A stretch of DNA of 64,000 nucleotides from the human T2T-CHM13v2.0 reference genome, Homo sapiens. The stretch lies in assembly GCF_009914755.1 (NCBI RefSeq), contig NC_060942.1. One strand, 5' to 3'. The notes under the pieces were generated by a model, which was given only the letters and a program-made list of their open reading frames with translations, made no database searches and was not told the origin of the DNA. Shown piece by piece: positions 1 through 15,883 of this stretch. The number at the start of each line of letters is the position of its first letter. Positions within the stretch are counted from its first letter, which is position 1. The position numbers and the translations under genes are program-made.

Positions 1-897
<897 letters not shown>

Positions 898-3283
898 AAG
901 GGAAGATCACATGAGATAGTGCATGTGTCTAGCACATGGGAGCTTTCACTAGATGACTAGATGACACCCTCATTGGTTGCTACCTCCTTTCATGCCCCTG
1001 GAGTGGGGGCTCCCCTTCTCTGCAGAGTCAATCCTCTATCTGCCTTCCATATTGAGTGGGATCCTAAGAGATGAGCTGCCTGGATGCTGCCTCTGCCTAA
1101 ACAGGTTTACTCTGAACACGTCCCTCAGCCCTATCATTGCCCATGGCTTCAGCCCCTTCTCCCAGGCAGAAAGGAATCCCAGGCCTGAAATGCACCCCTT
1201 CTACATGGAGTGCCCTAGTACAGAGAAAGAAAGAGGGAAGTGGAGGTTTTCACAATCCAGCATTTCTTTTTCCCAAGGTGAGGCCACCACTGTGCATCCT
1301 GGGGGCAGGAGGCTCTTTGAAGAGGAGACAGGGGAGAACAGCCAGCACTAGCACAGCACCATTCGAGCCACATTCTGAATGACTCCAAATAAACAGGAGT
1401 AAAACGAGCTGCATACATGCTAATTGTACACTAAAAATTTAATATCTGGAAATTCTGCTCCTACAGTTATTACATACCTGTATCACAGTTTCTAAAAGCT
1501 CAACACATTTTTATTTTTCGCCCTCATGGGCCAGATCCTGCCCCCAGTTCAGTGACTGAGATGGGGCTGAGCTGTGCTGGGCAGGCCTTACTCACTCCTT
1601 GACAGAGTCCACCTTGAATCAGGTGGTTCTTAGATTGTTCTGTGGATTCTGGGGGCTTTGAAGTACACAGTCTCCTCTTAGTCCAGGGCACAAGCCCAAG
1701 GGTATCCTCTGACTGCTCCCAGCATGGGCACAGGCCTTGGTGGGAACAGAAATCCTGCTGCCTCTGAAAACAGATGGTTTCACCCAGCCTCAGGCCAGGC
1801 TCACCACCAAGCTCTGCCCCAGATTCCTGGTGTCCCACTTCCTCCACAGGTAGGCCAGGGGATGGGCCAGTCCACTTCTGACAGAGCCCTAATGTCCGTG
1901 ATCTCTCACTGCCCCATGCTGCATCCTCCCAGCCCCTCTGTCAAGACAGAGCAATAATGCCTCCTCTGTGTGATCATTGTGAGGGTAAGGTTGTCACCTG
2001 ACACATAGCACAGGCTCTGAGAGCATCTGTTTCCTCCTTCCTACAGAGATGGGAGGTTCAGTGGTTAGTGCTAGCAGGTCACTTCCTCTGAGTCAAGTGC
2101 TGTGCGTGGCTCCTTTTAAGGAGTGTCTCATTCAGCCCTTGAGTCAGGGAGCCATACCCTCCTGCTCACTGGAGCTTATGGAAATGATTGGGCTCCTCTG
2201 GAGCATTGTAACCAGAGAGGTAATATGGGGAGTTAGGAAGCCTCCAGGCAGAGCCCTCCAACCCGAAGGCTGCTTGGTGATGCTAAGCCCTGGCCAGTCC
2301 CAGAGGACACTGGGACACATATGCCAACTGAGCCCCAGAAGGAGCCTCAGACTCCCATCCCAGATAATAACACAGGATTACTCAGATATATTATTCTCCG
2401 CATTGAAAAAATAGCAACACCATTGTGAGTAGAGCCTGCTGAAAGAAGGGCTGGCAGCATTTTGGAGATGCATTGCTCTTAGTTGGTTTTATGGCATATT
2501 TGCATTTAAATAGATTCGTTAACTCTTTTGCTGAACTTCACAGTAATATAGCCTTAGAAGTGCTGACTAATAGGGCAGCATGTGCTTAATTTTCACTTTG
2601 ATCTTAACACTGATACATTGTCTTATCGTAGCCATTCCAGTCCAAATGACACTTGGAAAGACAAGGTTTAAATTAGTTTTTTGTTCTTTTTGGTTAAAAC
2701 AGACAGCCCTTAGGCCTGCAGACATGGAAGGTGCTCCTCTCACAGCTGGCCCAGCTGGCCCGGGTTCCAAGCTCTTCTTGGAAGTCATTTCTCTCAGTGG
2801 GAACAAGGCTTCCCAACAGCAGGGGAGCCCAGTGCCTCGTGGGAGAGCTCTGTGGGTAGGGGCTCCCGGAACCCTGTCAGGTCCTGTCCTGGGCTCAGCA
2901 AGTGCTGTGCTGGGGCTGGCTTGTGCCACCTCTCAAGGGTTGATTATTAAATTTTCAGGAATTTTACATGCTGCTCCTTCAACAGTCATTATTAAAAATT
3001 AAATGATGTAAACCTACGAGTAAATTACATTTAAAATCCAGGTAATAGATACTTGAAACTCATTGTTTCATTACGTGCCTGCAATGTATGCCATTGAGGT
3101 CAAATCAGCACCCCACATTTTATTTCAATAAACTGATTGTTAACCAGCACGTAACCACTGGTAACAACTGGCATGACCCAGAGGTGCTATGGGCCTCCAT
3201 TCACCCTACGCCCCTCTGGGGGTGCCCTCACCAGGTGCCCACCAACCTCTTGGGGGGTTATCTGTCAGCCCTGGGCAGGACAG

Positions 3284-4132
3284 TGTAGGGAAGGAAAGTT
3301 GCTTCCCTCTATCCTTTCAGTTCTTTGGCTGGTCTATGAATTAAGTTGATGTAAGAAAAATTAATAGGAGAAAAAACATTTTAACTATGTACATAGGCAC
3401 GGGAGTCCCACAAAAACATGAGACTCAAAGAAAGGCCAGATGATGGAGGCTTTTAAGCATTCTTTTGTTTTTGTTTTTGTTTTTTTTTGAGACAAAGTCT
3501 CACTCTATCGCCCAAGCTGGAGGGCAGTGGTGCGATCTTGGCTCACTGTAACCTCCACCTCCCAGGCCTCAGCTTCCCAAGTAGCTGGGACTACAGGCAC
3601 ACACCACCACACCTGGCTAATTTTTGTATTTTTAGTAGAGGTGGAGTTTCACCAAGTTGGCCAGGCTGGTCTTGAACTCCTGGCCTCATGTGATTCACCC
3701 GCCTTGGCCTCCCAAAGTGCTGGGAATACAGGTGTGAGCCACCGCGCCTGGCTGAGGCTTTTAAGCATTCTGAGGTACAGAAAGGAATAGGGGTTTGGGG
3801 CTTCTGGAGGTGGTGAAGGCAAGTTACGGGACAGGAAGTGGAGGAAATGTCTTGTGAATAAAGGTCAGCTTGTTATGCAGTTAAAAGTCTCTCAGGTGAT
3901 AAAAGTTGTCTCAGAGTAGTGCCCTTCCTGGTACAGACACTTTTACTAATAACAATTTCTTTTATAAATGTAAATTTTCTTTACAAAATGTAAAATTTAT
4001 ACCTTATTTTAGGCTGTTGAGGGGAAGGTAAAGAGCTTTTCCTACACTGGCTGGTTGTCCATTTCTTTTAGCTCAAAATAATGAAGACAACAAAGTGATA
4101 CATTTTGGGGTGACATGTTCTGAACTTCAACA
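3284..4132 (-). mobile_element. ERV1 solo LTR, MER34/MER39-like, split by an Alu
   Basis: TG...CA ends. The minus strand begins tgttgaagttcagaacatgtcaccccaaaatg, like the MER34-type start at 58884. Confidence 0.7.
3464..3753 (-). mobile_element. AluS with 18-bp TSD and a ~17-bp internal deletion
   Basis: TSD gaggcttttaagcattct at 3446-3463 and 3754-3771. The segment ttcaagcgattctcctg is missing near 3566. Confidence 0.95.
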
Positions 4133-6416
4133 GCATCTAGCGGATGCCTAGAAGGGCAGCTTTGGGCATTGCAGATGTTTGGCCAGGGCCAAAGGCCTGC
4201 AGAGTTCCTCTGTGGGTGCAGCACAAAGTAGCAAGTGAAAGCAGCTGCATGAAAAGCACCACTAGAGGGTCTGCTGGACTGCGCACCCCTCCCTCTTGGC
4301 TCTTAGGTAATCCCCAGAGGGACCTGTCCCCCATCCTCTCCTTCAGCCCTGGACCCACCTCTCCTGGAAGACATCCAATGCCTGAGGCCTCACAGGTTTT
4401 CTCATCCTCAGGACGTCCAAGGTTCCTGCCTTGTGCCTGGATGATGGGAGCAGCCTCCCACTGATTTCTCAGCACCCCCAGGCTGCATCTGGCTTCACCT
4501 CACAAGGCTCTTGATGTCTCTTCCCTCCTCTAGGATCTACACTGCCTCCCTACGGCTGCCACATCCAGCACTAACTCCCCACTCTGGGTCTCAGTGACCC
4601 CCAGCCCTGCAGTCCAGTTACTCTTTAGAATGAGGCTTTGGGAGGGAGTTAGTTTATGTTGGTGAGCCAGCCTCATTCTATCATGGCCTAGGTCCAGCAT
4701 CCTTTTGGCCAAAGAGAATCATTGAAATGGCCCAGGTGCCAAGTACCTGAGTTTTCTGCCCTTGGCCTCCATCCTCCAGGTGTCCCCAGCCCCTTTTGCC
4801 CTGCAGGGTCTCTGCTCCTGTGCTTGCTCTCTGGCCTCCTTGCTTCCTTTCTAAAGCCTGTCCCTGCTTTGGTGTCCACATGAAGGCCATCACTGCCTCT
4901 AATCCTTTGTCCTTTTAGGAACAAAGGGCCAGACCTACACATGTAATGGGACATATGAAAGGCAGTTTGGGCAGACAGCAAATTGCACAAGCTGCCATGT
5001 TCCAGGGAAGTGTGAGCCTACAAAGGAGGACTTGTTGGAAATTCTGTGACTTTTCCACCTGTAACCCTCATCCAGGGCATAATGGGCTGAGTTGGGATGT
5101 GGGGGTTTCCCCTTCACCTTTGGTACAGAGAGGGGCTTCAGCAGGACACGTGAAGAGCTGGATTCATGTTCTCTGTGGTTTGGTGGTGGCATGGACGGCG
5201 TGTGATGTCTGTCTGGAAAACATGCAGGGCAAGGGGCTGCCTGGCCCATGGCTTCTCATACAGGCAGGGCAGGGGAATTAAGAAGAGTCTAGAAGATCAA
5301 GGAGGGCATTCTAGGCAAGAACAGCACAAAGGCTGCTGTTGAGATGGCGCCTTCCAGCCTCAGGGGCCCCAGCAGCCTGGCTGAAGTGCAGAGAGGTCTT
5401 GTGAGAAATTGTGAGGGCCTTGGAGAAGGCAGTTGGGGTCAGGTGAGAGCCTAGCTTCCCTAACCACTCTCCCTCCCTCTCCATCTCCTGTACCAGCTTC
5501 CTCTCGATTCTGGTGCCTGGCATGAGATCTCCAAGTCCTCTTCCATGTCTCTGTGTCGCCTTACCTTTCCAGGTTTTCATGCCCCCTCTGCTGCTGCAGC
5601 TTCTGATTCACACTCCAACACCTGTACTCCTCCTCCTACAGCACTTCTCCTTTACATCTCCCCTTGGATGCCCAATCAACTTCTCAGTCCCAACATATCC
5701 CACTCTGAACTTGTCATTGCTCCCTCAAAACCTGTTTCTCCATTTTCCTCAGCTCTGTGAGTAACATCACCATCCTCCCAGCCAGAAGTCAGAGAGCTGA
5801 CTTGGGCCTCATCTGTCCACATCCAATCTATCACTACACCTGGTCAACTCTCTCTCTGATGGTCACTTAAATCCAGGCATTTCTTGCCACTCCCAACCCA
5901 CGCCCACATGCAAACAGCCAGCATCACTTCTTGTCCAGCTGCCTGGCCTCCAGCTGTCCCCTGTGTCCTCTACTCCCAGTGATTTATTCTTTACACAGCA
6001 GCCAAAGTGGTTTTCCTGAAAACACATATCAAATCATATCACTCCATGGCTTAAGCCCCTCCAGTTGCTTCCCACAGCATCCAGATTTAAAGCAGTGGCC
6101 CTTCACCATGGCCTAGAAGGCCCTGTATCATCTGCTTCCTTCCCACACCACAGGTCATTGTGTCCTCCGCACTTCCTACACTCCCCAGGAGCCCCAGTGA
6201 CTCTGACCTCCCCTGTCCCCGCCAGGGCATACCTCTCCTGACCAAGGGGTTTCTACTCACGCTGGTCTTTCCATCTGAAATGCTCTTCCCCCGGGACTCC
6301 TCTTTCAGAGCTCAGCCTAAATTTCTGCTCCCTGCGGACACCTTCCCGAACACCTCTCCCCAACTCTCTGCTTCCACAGAGATTTTTCCCTCCTTCCCAT
6401 CCCTTAGTCACCATCA

Positions 6417-7470
<1,054 letters not shown>

Positions 7471-9429
7471 ATTATAGCACTTGATTTTCTTTATAGCACT
7501 TCGTATTTTGCTTCCTTATTGTTAATTCATGCATTGATCCCATAGATAGAATGGAGAGCTGTCCAAGGTTCTGGAGACACAGCAAGAACCACACAGACCT
7601 CATCTCTTACCCAGCTGACTGTCAGCTCCCCTGTGCCTGTTCTGTGGCCTACAGGCCTAGCACAGAAAGGGGGTGCAACAAATATTTGTTAAAAGAATTT
7701 GTTGTTTCATTAATGGGTTTGTGTAGGGAATAGGCTTGAACTGATGAAAACAGTGTCTTAGCTGTAAAGTCTCATAGACATGGGATAGTTGCAAATCCAA
7801 TAAACCAACTGGAATATACCAGAAGGCATTTTGGAGCCCATAGCAAATCATTTTTTAGAGCAAAGAATCCTTTTGTAATGGAATTGATCTGTTGCTTCCT
7901 CTCAACTCTTTGTTGTTCTTGCTCTGGAGCTTTTTCCTGGGTTCATGAACCTTCTGAAATGATATGCAAAATATGCACACGCACACATTTTCGACACTTC
8001 TTTGAGGTGTTCATGTCTTCCATTAGACTCTCAGATTCCCATTACTCTGAAAAGGTCAGGAGACATGGCTCTGGCTTGTGCATTTTTTCAATACTGTTTT
8101 GATGGTGCCCTTTCCTGGTGAGTCAAGTACACTGGTAATTGTCTATTTTTAGAAAACAGCTCTTTATTAGCTACAAACTTCCATCTAGCCATCAGTAAAT
8201 GAATCATCAGGTCCATGCACTCAGTGAAAACTCTTATATATAAAGCATAACAGTGCTTTCTAATACTGAGATGGAAAAATATCTTTTCACTGTATTTCAA
8301 AGAGGCTGAAAGCAACAAGTCTTTTAAAAATATGAAAAGCAAGATATGTTGCTCAAAAGCAGAAGAGCCCTTGGAAATTTCTTGTTAAGGCAAAAAAATA
8401 AAAAAAGGGCATTCTCAGTTTCAAGCTGCTGCTGAGTCTCACAGTGAACTTTACTCAGTCTGAGATGAAGGATTTCTTCTCCCAAGATTAACACTGAAGA
8501 GGAATTTTTAGAAGTCACAGTCCCTTGAGCCGCATCCCTTAGGAAAAAACCTGAGCTCCATCTCCTTGAATCAAAGAGTGAAATCTTCTCCACTCCCCAT
8601 TCCCCATTCTGCCAATTCCCATGTCCCTTATGGAGCCAGCCTCCATTTATGTCCCCTCTGTCAAATCCAAGGCCAGTTCTGGCCATACCCTGCACCCCCT
8701 TGCGGCCAGTGGTGCCACCTCACCTAGTCCCTTACCTAGCCGGCACTCTGCCCAGGAATCTGCTCCAGACTGTGCCCCAGGGAGTCTTCCAGGAGGGCAA
8801 GTGGCTGTCACTTCCTCTCCTCATTGTCCACTGCCCTGTGTGGCCCTCCTGGGACTTTCCTCATGGTGCTCTTTCTTTTGTGGACTCATCTGCCCACCCA
8901 CCGCCCTTCTGGCCACCTCATTCCACATCCCAGCTTCCAAGGTAGGGGCAGGGAGCACGGTGGGTGGGAGCAGCTTGGAACCCTATGCTGAGTCAGGTCA
9001 AGTCACCTCTTTTCCCCCTCTGAGAGCCAAATCTGACCCCACAACCCCCACCTGTGTTTTGCCCCCCAGAATACCCCAACCAAGTTGCCCTGTGAGAGAA
9101 TTCCTGGGGTATAGAGGGAAAGTCACCCACAGATACCACAGAGTTACCAAAGGGTCAGGAAAAAGAAGCAGGAAGGAGGGGAGAGCAATTTACAATAGTG
9201 CTTGAGGCTGTCCTGTTACCTCCCTTTATGATCCTTGACAAGGTTTATAACATTTTCAAAGAGTTTCTAAAGCTTTCCTCCATGTCTGCAGGCTTTGAGC
9301 ATGTACTGCCTTGACATAGTGGCTTCCAGGTCTGGGACTGGTCTGGATAAGCTGATGCATTTTTGCATAGTCCTCAAGGTTAAAGAAAGTTATACTTCCA
9401 GAGTTTTTGGTTTGCTTTGCTTTTGTTTG

Positions 9430-9910
9430 GTTCATTTTCTATTATGGAAAATTGCAAACATGTGCAACAGTAAAGCTAATAGAATGATAAACCTCTATGT
9501 ATCCCCCAGACAGCTTTGACAGTTCAATTTGTGCCAATCTTGGTTCATCTTTTCCTGCCACCCCACCTGCCCAGTTAATTATTTTGAAGAAAATTCCAGA
9601 ATTCATAGCATATAAATATTCCCATATGAATCTCCAAAAGATAAGGAATCTTTTATGTAAACATAACCATAGTACAATTATCACATCTAAAAACTTTGAT
9701 GATAATTCTCTCATATCACCAAATATGCAGTCAATATTTACCTTTCCCTCACTGTTTCATAAATGGTTTTATTTTTATGCTTTTTTAAAATCAGGATCCA
9801 AGTAAGGTCTACACTTTGCAATGGGTTGTTATAGTTCACAAGTCTCTTTCAGTTGGAGTTACCCTTCCAACTCTTTTTTCCCCCTTATAATGTATTTGTT
9901 GGAGAATATG
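9430..9910 (-). mobile_element. Old L1MC-type 3' UTR fragment
   Basis: aatcaggatccaagtaaggtctacac and aaagataagg motifs, shared with 50968-51510 and the reverse of 18200-18700. Confidence 0.65.
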
Positions 9911-10328
9911 CTTCACCTTTAGACATTCTCTTCATTTTTTTGTCATTGCTTCTGCCTCCTCTGACATTCTTGTTTTTTTCTTGCTCTGACTCTGTCTTTC
10001 TTCAAATATCTGGTGGGGCTTGGCTGCCCACTTATTTCATTTAGAGGGAGGATGGGAAGTCTTTCTCTTGGGCTGTTCGTTTCCACAGCTGGGGACTGTT
10101 TAGTCTCTGCCAAAGGGGATGTACGTCTGCCTACCAGATTTTTTTGGGCAAGGTGGGGGAAGGGATTTGGGGTCTGGCTATTATGTCATCATTAATTTAA
10201 TCCCCTGTTCTGGAGATACACCCCTTCTTCAGCAGTCTCAGCTGCTCCCTGGGTCTCCGTTTCCCAGGCTCAGTCTCTCCAGAGTTACCTCCTGAAGAAT
10301 GGCACACGGGGAATGGGAGTCTGGGGCC

Positions 10329-10843
10329 TGTTGATGTTCCTCAGTCAAAGATCATCAAGAGCACACCTATAGTCAGACACATTTGGGGTTTATTGACTTA
10401 TTAATGAGGGAAACTGCCATCATGGAGAACTATGGGTGTCTCTGGAAGAGAGAATTAGGAAAGACTTGAAATTGGATTTGAGTTCTCTGGATTGGGTGCT
10501 GGCAAATGCGGAGTAATCTTGTGATGACATCATGAATCTTGTCTGGGAGTTGGGAGGAGTGAAGCAGGGCAAAAGCTGTAATCAATGAAGAAGCCACAGC
10601 CACTCGTATTTGCCAGAAAGAGAGGTGCCTTGGTCATTTTTCAGGTTTGGACAGGGTTGCTGTTTTTATGGATGCCCAGGCATGGTTATGGAGTGGTTTT
10701 GTTTTTATCTTTATCCATCACAGTCACAGAGTGGCCTTGTCTGATGTATGTTCTGTGAAACTGTTTTTGTTTGGCAGGAGACTGTCAAGGGCTAGCTAGC
10801 TATCTGTGCCAGCTAGCTTCCAGGGGCTGCTCTTTCCTCTCTC
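10329..10843 (-). mobile_element. ERVL LTR, MER54/MER74/LTR53-group-like
   Basis: cacagagtggccttgtctgatg...ttctgtgaaactg core, homologous to 34375-35190 and 42665-43220. Confidence 0.6.
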
Positions 10844-11559
10844 TGGTCTGAACTGCATCTGTGTGCTCAGTCCCCTGACACCTCTGGTGCTGAGTCCTCC
10901 CTGCTCATAGCTCACATGGCTGGCTGACCAGCTCTCTTCCCTGCCAACTCTCAGTTCTCAGCCCGGAGCTTCCTCTGGTTTGTGAGGTCAGTGGCCACTC
11001 AGACATCTGGTTTCCACATTTTTGTTGCCTTCCCCTCTTCTATGGTCTCTTTGCCTGTCTCTTTATCTTATTGGGCTTGTGTCTTTTTGTTTGTCTGTTC
11101 GTTTCTTCACTGTCATTTTAGAGGACGTTGGGGAGAGGCAGTGGTAGGTGACAGCATCCCCACCGCATATTTTACTGGAATTCTATCACGCTTTCAGCTC
11201 AGCCCAACTTCTCAGAAAACTACTCCTCAGTGAGGTCTTTCTGTCCTTTGTGGGGAAATGTCTAATACTTCTGCTCAATAAATCTCCTCCTTGATAAAAC
11301 AGGGAGAATCTGTGTGGACTATAGGCCAATATTGGGATGAAGAAAGTTCCAATTCCCTTATTTAATGAGAACTGTATTTTTCCGCAGGCATTTCACTTTA
11401 TCATCTGACCCCACACTGACGCTATGGCATCATCGGGAATCTCATGGATTCGTTTGTTTTCCAAAGTGGATTTCCCTTGGCTGAGTAACTTAGTTCCTTT
11501 ATGCATGGAGCAGGAGAAATATTTGCTTCTTACAAACTGTCAAGGTAGTAAATGGACAC

Positions 11560-12034
11560 TTTAATAAGAACCATACTTCTCATCTGTGAGATTCGGTATT
11601 TTTAATTAACTAGGCAGACAGATCCTTGTCTCCTTTTTAAAGATATAAATTACTAAAGGCTACAAGGGGAAAATGTCCATTTAATGCAATGACATGCTCA
11701 TACCATCTGTCTCAGCAACTTGGCTTCACTCAGTTGTACTCTGTGGAGACATAATGACAATATTATAAAATAATCATCACTAAGATGCCTTCGCAGGGAG
11801 CCGAGACTCTTCCATCATCATCGTAATTACACATCCCTCGTAATGCATCAAATGTGGAGAAAATATCATTGTTGATATCCCTCAAGAAGGAAGTCAGTCC
11901 TGGGGATGGGAAGACTGATTCCAGTTCTGAAGATCCCCAGTTGTTCACTTTTTTGTAGCAGACTCTTCAGGAGTGGGAAACTGCAGGTGCAGGAGCTGCA
12001 TGGAGCGGCCTGGAATGAAATCCACTTGTGATAC
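11560..12034 (-). other. Candidate terminal exon of a minus-strand transcript
   Basis: Non-repeat sequence with several retained CpGs. Possible acceptors tttttgaaag|12034 or ttcattccag|12009, and ATTAAA variants downstream on the minus strand (~11560-11685). Acceptors are weak. Confidence 0.2.
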
Positions 12035-12052
12035 CTTTCAAAAATCTTGTTC

Positions 12053-12082
12053 ATATATATATATATATAAATATATATATAA
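12053..12082. repeat. (TA)n microsatellite
   Basis: Seen directly. Confidence 0.9.
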
Positions 12083-13117
12083 TCATATTTTTGAAGAGCT
12101 GTATTTGCACGTAGGCTGAGGTTTGTTATTGGAAATGAATTTACTCTCTGAAAGAGGAGGGTATGTTATTATTAAGCAACCATTCTTATTACTAGGAGGT
12201 ACAATAATAACAATATAATAGCACTACCTACTGTGATTTATACGGCAACTCTGTGTGCCATAGATGGGGCATATTTTGTTTCACAACAGCCCAAGTTTGC
12301 CAGTGAGGACAAAAGGCCAGAGAAGCTGATAACATGTTACAGTTAGGGAGTGATGAACTGTAACTCAGGTCTAACTCAGCTCAAGGTCCCCTCCTCCAGG
12401 AATCCTTCCTTGACCTCGGCAGGCCCTCCATTTTGGCACTTGCCTCGCACCCCAGGAACTGCTATGTGTCTTCCCTGCTTGCTAGACCACAAGAGCAGGC
12501 TGAGAACTTCCTCACTTATTTCCAGTCCTGACTCAAGGTATCCTCTGGATAACTTCCTCCCAAACTCACCTAATGCCAAGCTGCGCCCCTCCCTCGTCTG
12601 TGCTCAGGTGTCGCCACCTGTCTGTCTCTGGCTTACACTCATGGGGAACTGGGATGAGAACTCTAAAAAGGGCCATTCCTTATAATACAAGCAAAACATG
12701 AAGTTACCAGCACTGGGGCTGAGGTGTTTCTACAAAAGGAGCAAGACTAATAAACAAAGAAGAAGGAGCAAAGGATGAGAAATGGCCAGTCCAACTGCAA
12801 GGCAGCCCTCCATATAGACATGCATTTTGCAGCTGATCTCTTGTGGGCAGCTCCCTGCAGTAAGCAAAGGCAGGAATAGACTGAGGAGTTTGTGACAAAG
12901 GCCAAAGTCTGTGCAGCTAGGAGAGTAAAGACAGCACATGATGAAGGCCATAGCCCCAAAGGACTGAGAAGGCAGAAAAAGCCTTATATTTTAAACTTAG
13001 AACTATATCCTATTTGAGTCTAAGACATGAGGAAGAGAAGATATTCAAAAGAAACAGCCTCTTTGGGTGTGATGGAGAACACTGGGTAGATTATGCAGTG
13101 GGTAATGATATCCGATG

Positions 13118-13325
13118 TTACAGTGGAGGACAGGCTCTGAGCGGGACTGCCTGGGTTTAGGTCCCAGCTGTGCCACTTTCTGATGTGGGACCTTGGGCTA
13201 ATTATTAACCTATCTGTGCCTCAGTTAACCTTCTATAAAATGGGAGTGATAATAGTACCAATTTCATTGTTTTGAGGATTAAGTAGGTTAATACTATGAA
13301 GAGCTCAGAAGAGTACCTGGTCAAT
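13118..13325 (+). mobile_element. MIR
   Basis: MIR core ctgtgcctcagtt...ctataaaatgggagtgataatagtacc. Confidence 0.8.
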
Positions 13326-13344
13326 CAGCAGGGCCCCTGTGGAC

Positions 13345-13575
13345 TGACACCTGCCATGTGCCAGCTCTGTGCCCTGTACTTTATGGGGGCTGACTCACAG
13401 GAGCCTGTTATGCTCCTCTGAGGCTGGCATTTTGATTAGCACCTCCCATTTTACAGGTAAAGAAACTAAGGCACAGATTGCCTACCTATATTTCCCAAGA
13501 TCACACAGCTAAGAAGCAACAAAGCCAGGAGTTGAATCTGGTGAGAATCCCTCTCTTAACAACTGGGCTATGCTG
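13345..13575 (-). mobile_element. MIR
   Basis: Reverse core cccattttacaggtaaagaaactaaggcacag...cccaagatcacacagcta. Confidence 0.8.
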
Positions 13576-13613
13576 TCTCTCAAAAGTACTCCTCTTATTA
13601 GTGTAGAGGTACC

Positions 13614-14068
13614 TGTTGGGGGTAGAATTGTGTCTCTCCAAAAGATCTTTTGAAGTCCTACCCCCCCACCCCATGGCTGTGAATGTGACCTTATTTGGTA
13701 ATAGGGTCTTTGCAAAATATAATCAAACTAAGATGAGCTCATACTGGATTAAGGTGGGTGCTAATACAATAACTGGTGCCCTTAAAACAAGGGGGAGATT
13801 TGGACAGACACACAGAGAGAACACCATGTGACACCAGAGATTCGAATAATGCATCTACAAGCCAAGGTATGCAAAGAGTGCCAGCAGCAGACAAAGGCCT
13901 GGAAGAGGCAAAGAAGGATCTCTGCTAGAGGCTTCAGGGAGGGCACGGCCCTGCCTGCCCCTTGATTCTAGGCTTCTAGCATACAGAAGTATGATGGCAC
14001 ACATTTCTTGTGTTTTAAGCCACCAAATTTGGGATGCTTTGTTACAGCAGGCCTAGGAGTCTAATATA
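13614..14068 (+). mobile_element. MaLR solo LTR, MLT1C-like
   Basis: gaatgtgaccttatttggtaatagggtctttgca...ttttaagccacc...ttgttacagcag. Confidence 0.85.
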
Positions 14069-15312
14069 AATGTATATAGGTGTATAGATGTATAAACATA
14101 TAGTCCAAATGTAGTTAGATGTATATTTCCATAGAAACTTGCTCTTTGAGAGTATGAACTTCTTTCTACAATGTGGTGTATGGTTAGTTAGGTAGGCTTA
14201 TGTATGATTGCCAGCCAAAGCTGACTCGGTTGCTAACATATTTTATTAATAACTACAGATAAAGCCTGTCTGAATAGGAACCTTTGAGGAATGAGGTTGT
14301 TTGTAGGCTGATGGAATTCAGGTTGGAGCTCACATCCTCTCTGAATCACAGTCATCAGTCTGGTGGACAAAGGGAAGAACAGAGTGACACATATTGACAC
14401 TTAGGTCCTAAGTTAAATGTACAAGGTCTCCAATTCAAGTCCTGGGGTGTCGATCACCCACAGAGCCTGTGCAGAGTAAGTTCCAGACTCAGCATGTGGG
14501 ATGGAAAACAGAAACATTGGGTGGAGCAGATACTTGCTAGATCCGGTCATCCTTGGAGGAGAGTGTGAGAGCTTGTATAGAAAATTCAACCCCAGCTAAG
14601 CTGTAAGAAGTCAGTAGGCCCTGTCTGGACAGCATGGCATGTGGTTTTATTGCTTAACATGTAGTTCTAGTTTGCACTTGCTGAAGATGGCAGGGCTGTC
14701 TGCATGAATCATGAGAACATGTACTGTTGGGAGCTTTAGTCTGTTTTTCTGCTATACTATAGACTTCAACACAAACGCAGACCAGTAATTGGGGAAATGA
14801 TCGGCCTGTCAGGGATGGCCTTGCAAACTTTCCGAATGATAGCAAATGCCACTGGACAGAGCAGGAGGGACCCAGAGACCACAGGGTTCTACATAGCAAG
14901 GACCTTCCACTCCCACTGCCAAGTGGCTGAAGGAAAGTTGCATTTATTGAGTCTTTTTCTAAACCAAAGTTGGTGTCCAAAGTCACAGCTCTGCCAAGGC
15001 CCCTAAGTGACCCCCAGAAGAGAGCATCAGCTGCTTCTCTGCAACACACAGCCCTAACCAAGTCTTCTTTATACTAGGCCTTGCATAAACACATGTTTCT
15101 TACGCTTTCAACAACCATACGAGGTGGGTTTAATATTTTTCTATTTTACTAATGAGGAAATGGCCTGTCTAGGGTCACCTGCTGGAATTCAAACATTCAT
15201 TGTGATGTCTGAGCATTTCTCTCACACCACCATACCCCATGGACCTCAGTTCTAAAGGAAAATATCTTTCCATCATGACACTCAAATCGTCAATGTGACA
15301 TTTTGAAACATA

Positions 15313-15765
15313 TGTGAGAGACTGAATGAACAATGACTGACTACATATGATGATGAGATTCTGACTTGCAATCTGTATAGCCACAAAACTGGGAAGCCAA
15401 ACCACAACCACTGTGGTGACCAGCCCGGAAGGATCAGCACCCGGCAGCAACTGCAGCTTCCCTGTGTTTTATCCTCATCCCCTCCCCAACACGGGACAAA
15501 CCAGATAAAGCCCAATATGTGCTCCAGAACAATCACATAGGATGCCCCACTTCTAGTTAGTCTGCCTCCAGCTCCCCCACGCTAACAGCCTCCAGTCAGA
15601 GCATACCTGAAGCCTACCCTTTTCCACTAGGAAGCATCCCCACTCCCTGCCTGCCTTGGAGCCTCTGCCCAACACCATGGTGCTGGCTGTGGCTGACTCC
15701 CTTGCTATAGCTCTGAACGAATGGCTTCTGCTTGCTCTCATCTGGATGGTCTTTGTTGTTTTCAC
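15313..15765 (+). mobile_element. ERV1 solo LTR, MER90/MER110-like
   Basis: caatcacataggatgccccacttctagttag...gctgactcccttgctatagc. Family name recalled from memory. Confidence 0.55.
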
Positions 15766-15826
15766 CTAAGTTTGTTAAGAATATTCTGCGTGTACAAGTG
15801 TTCAGATAATTGGTGATGAAACTTAC

Positions 15827-15883
15827 CAAATAAACAGGACCTCGGTGACAATACCATGCACAGCATCGGGTGATGAAAGCAAA
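15827..15883 (-). other. Candidate 57-bp internal exon
   Basis: Minus strand reads aattttaatttacctag|TTTGCT...TATTTG|gtaagt. Consensus donor, length divisible by 3, all three frames open, two CpGs. Confidence 0.4.

Noticed and set aside
2930-3180. Possible ancient hAT fragments (also ~7900-8070, ~37120-37420, ~57800-58010)
   Set aside because: They resemble DNA-transposon relics but are too degenerate to assign or delimit by eye.
8621-9205. 194-aa ORF
   Set aside because: Low-complexity Pro/Ser-rich sequence with no recognisable domain, consistent with chance.
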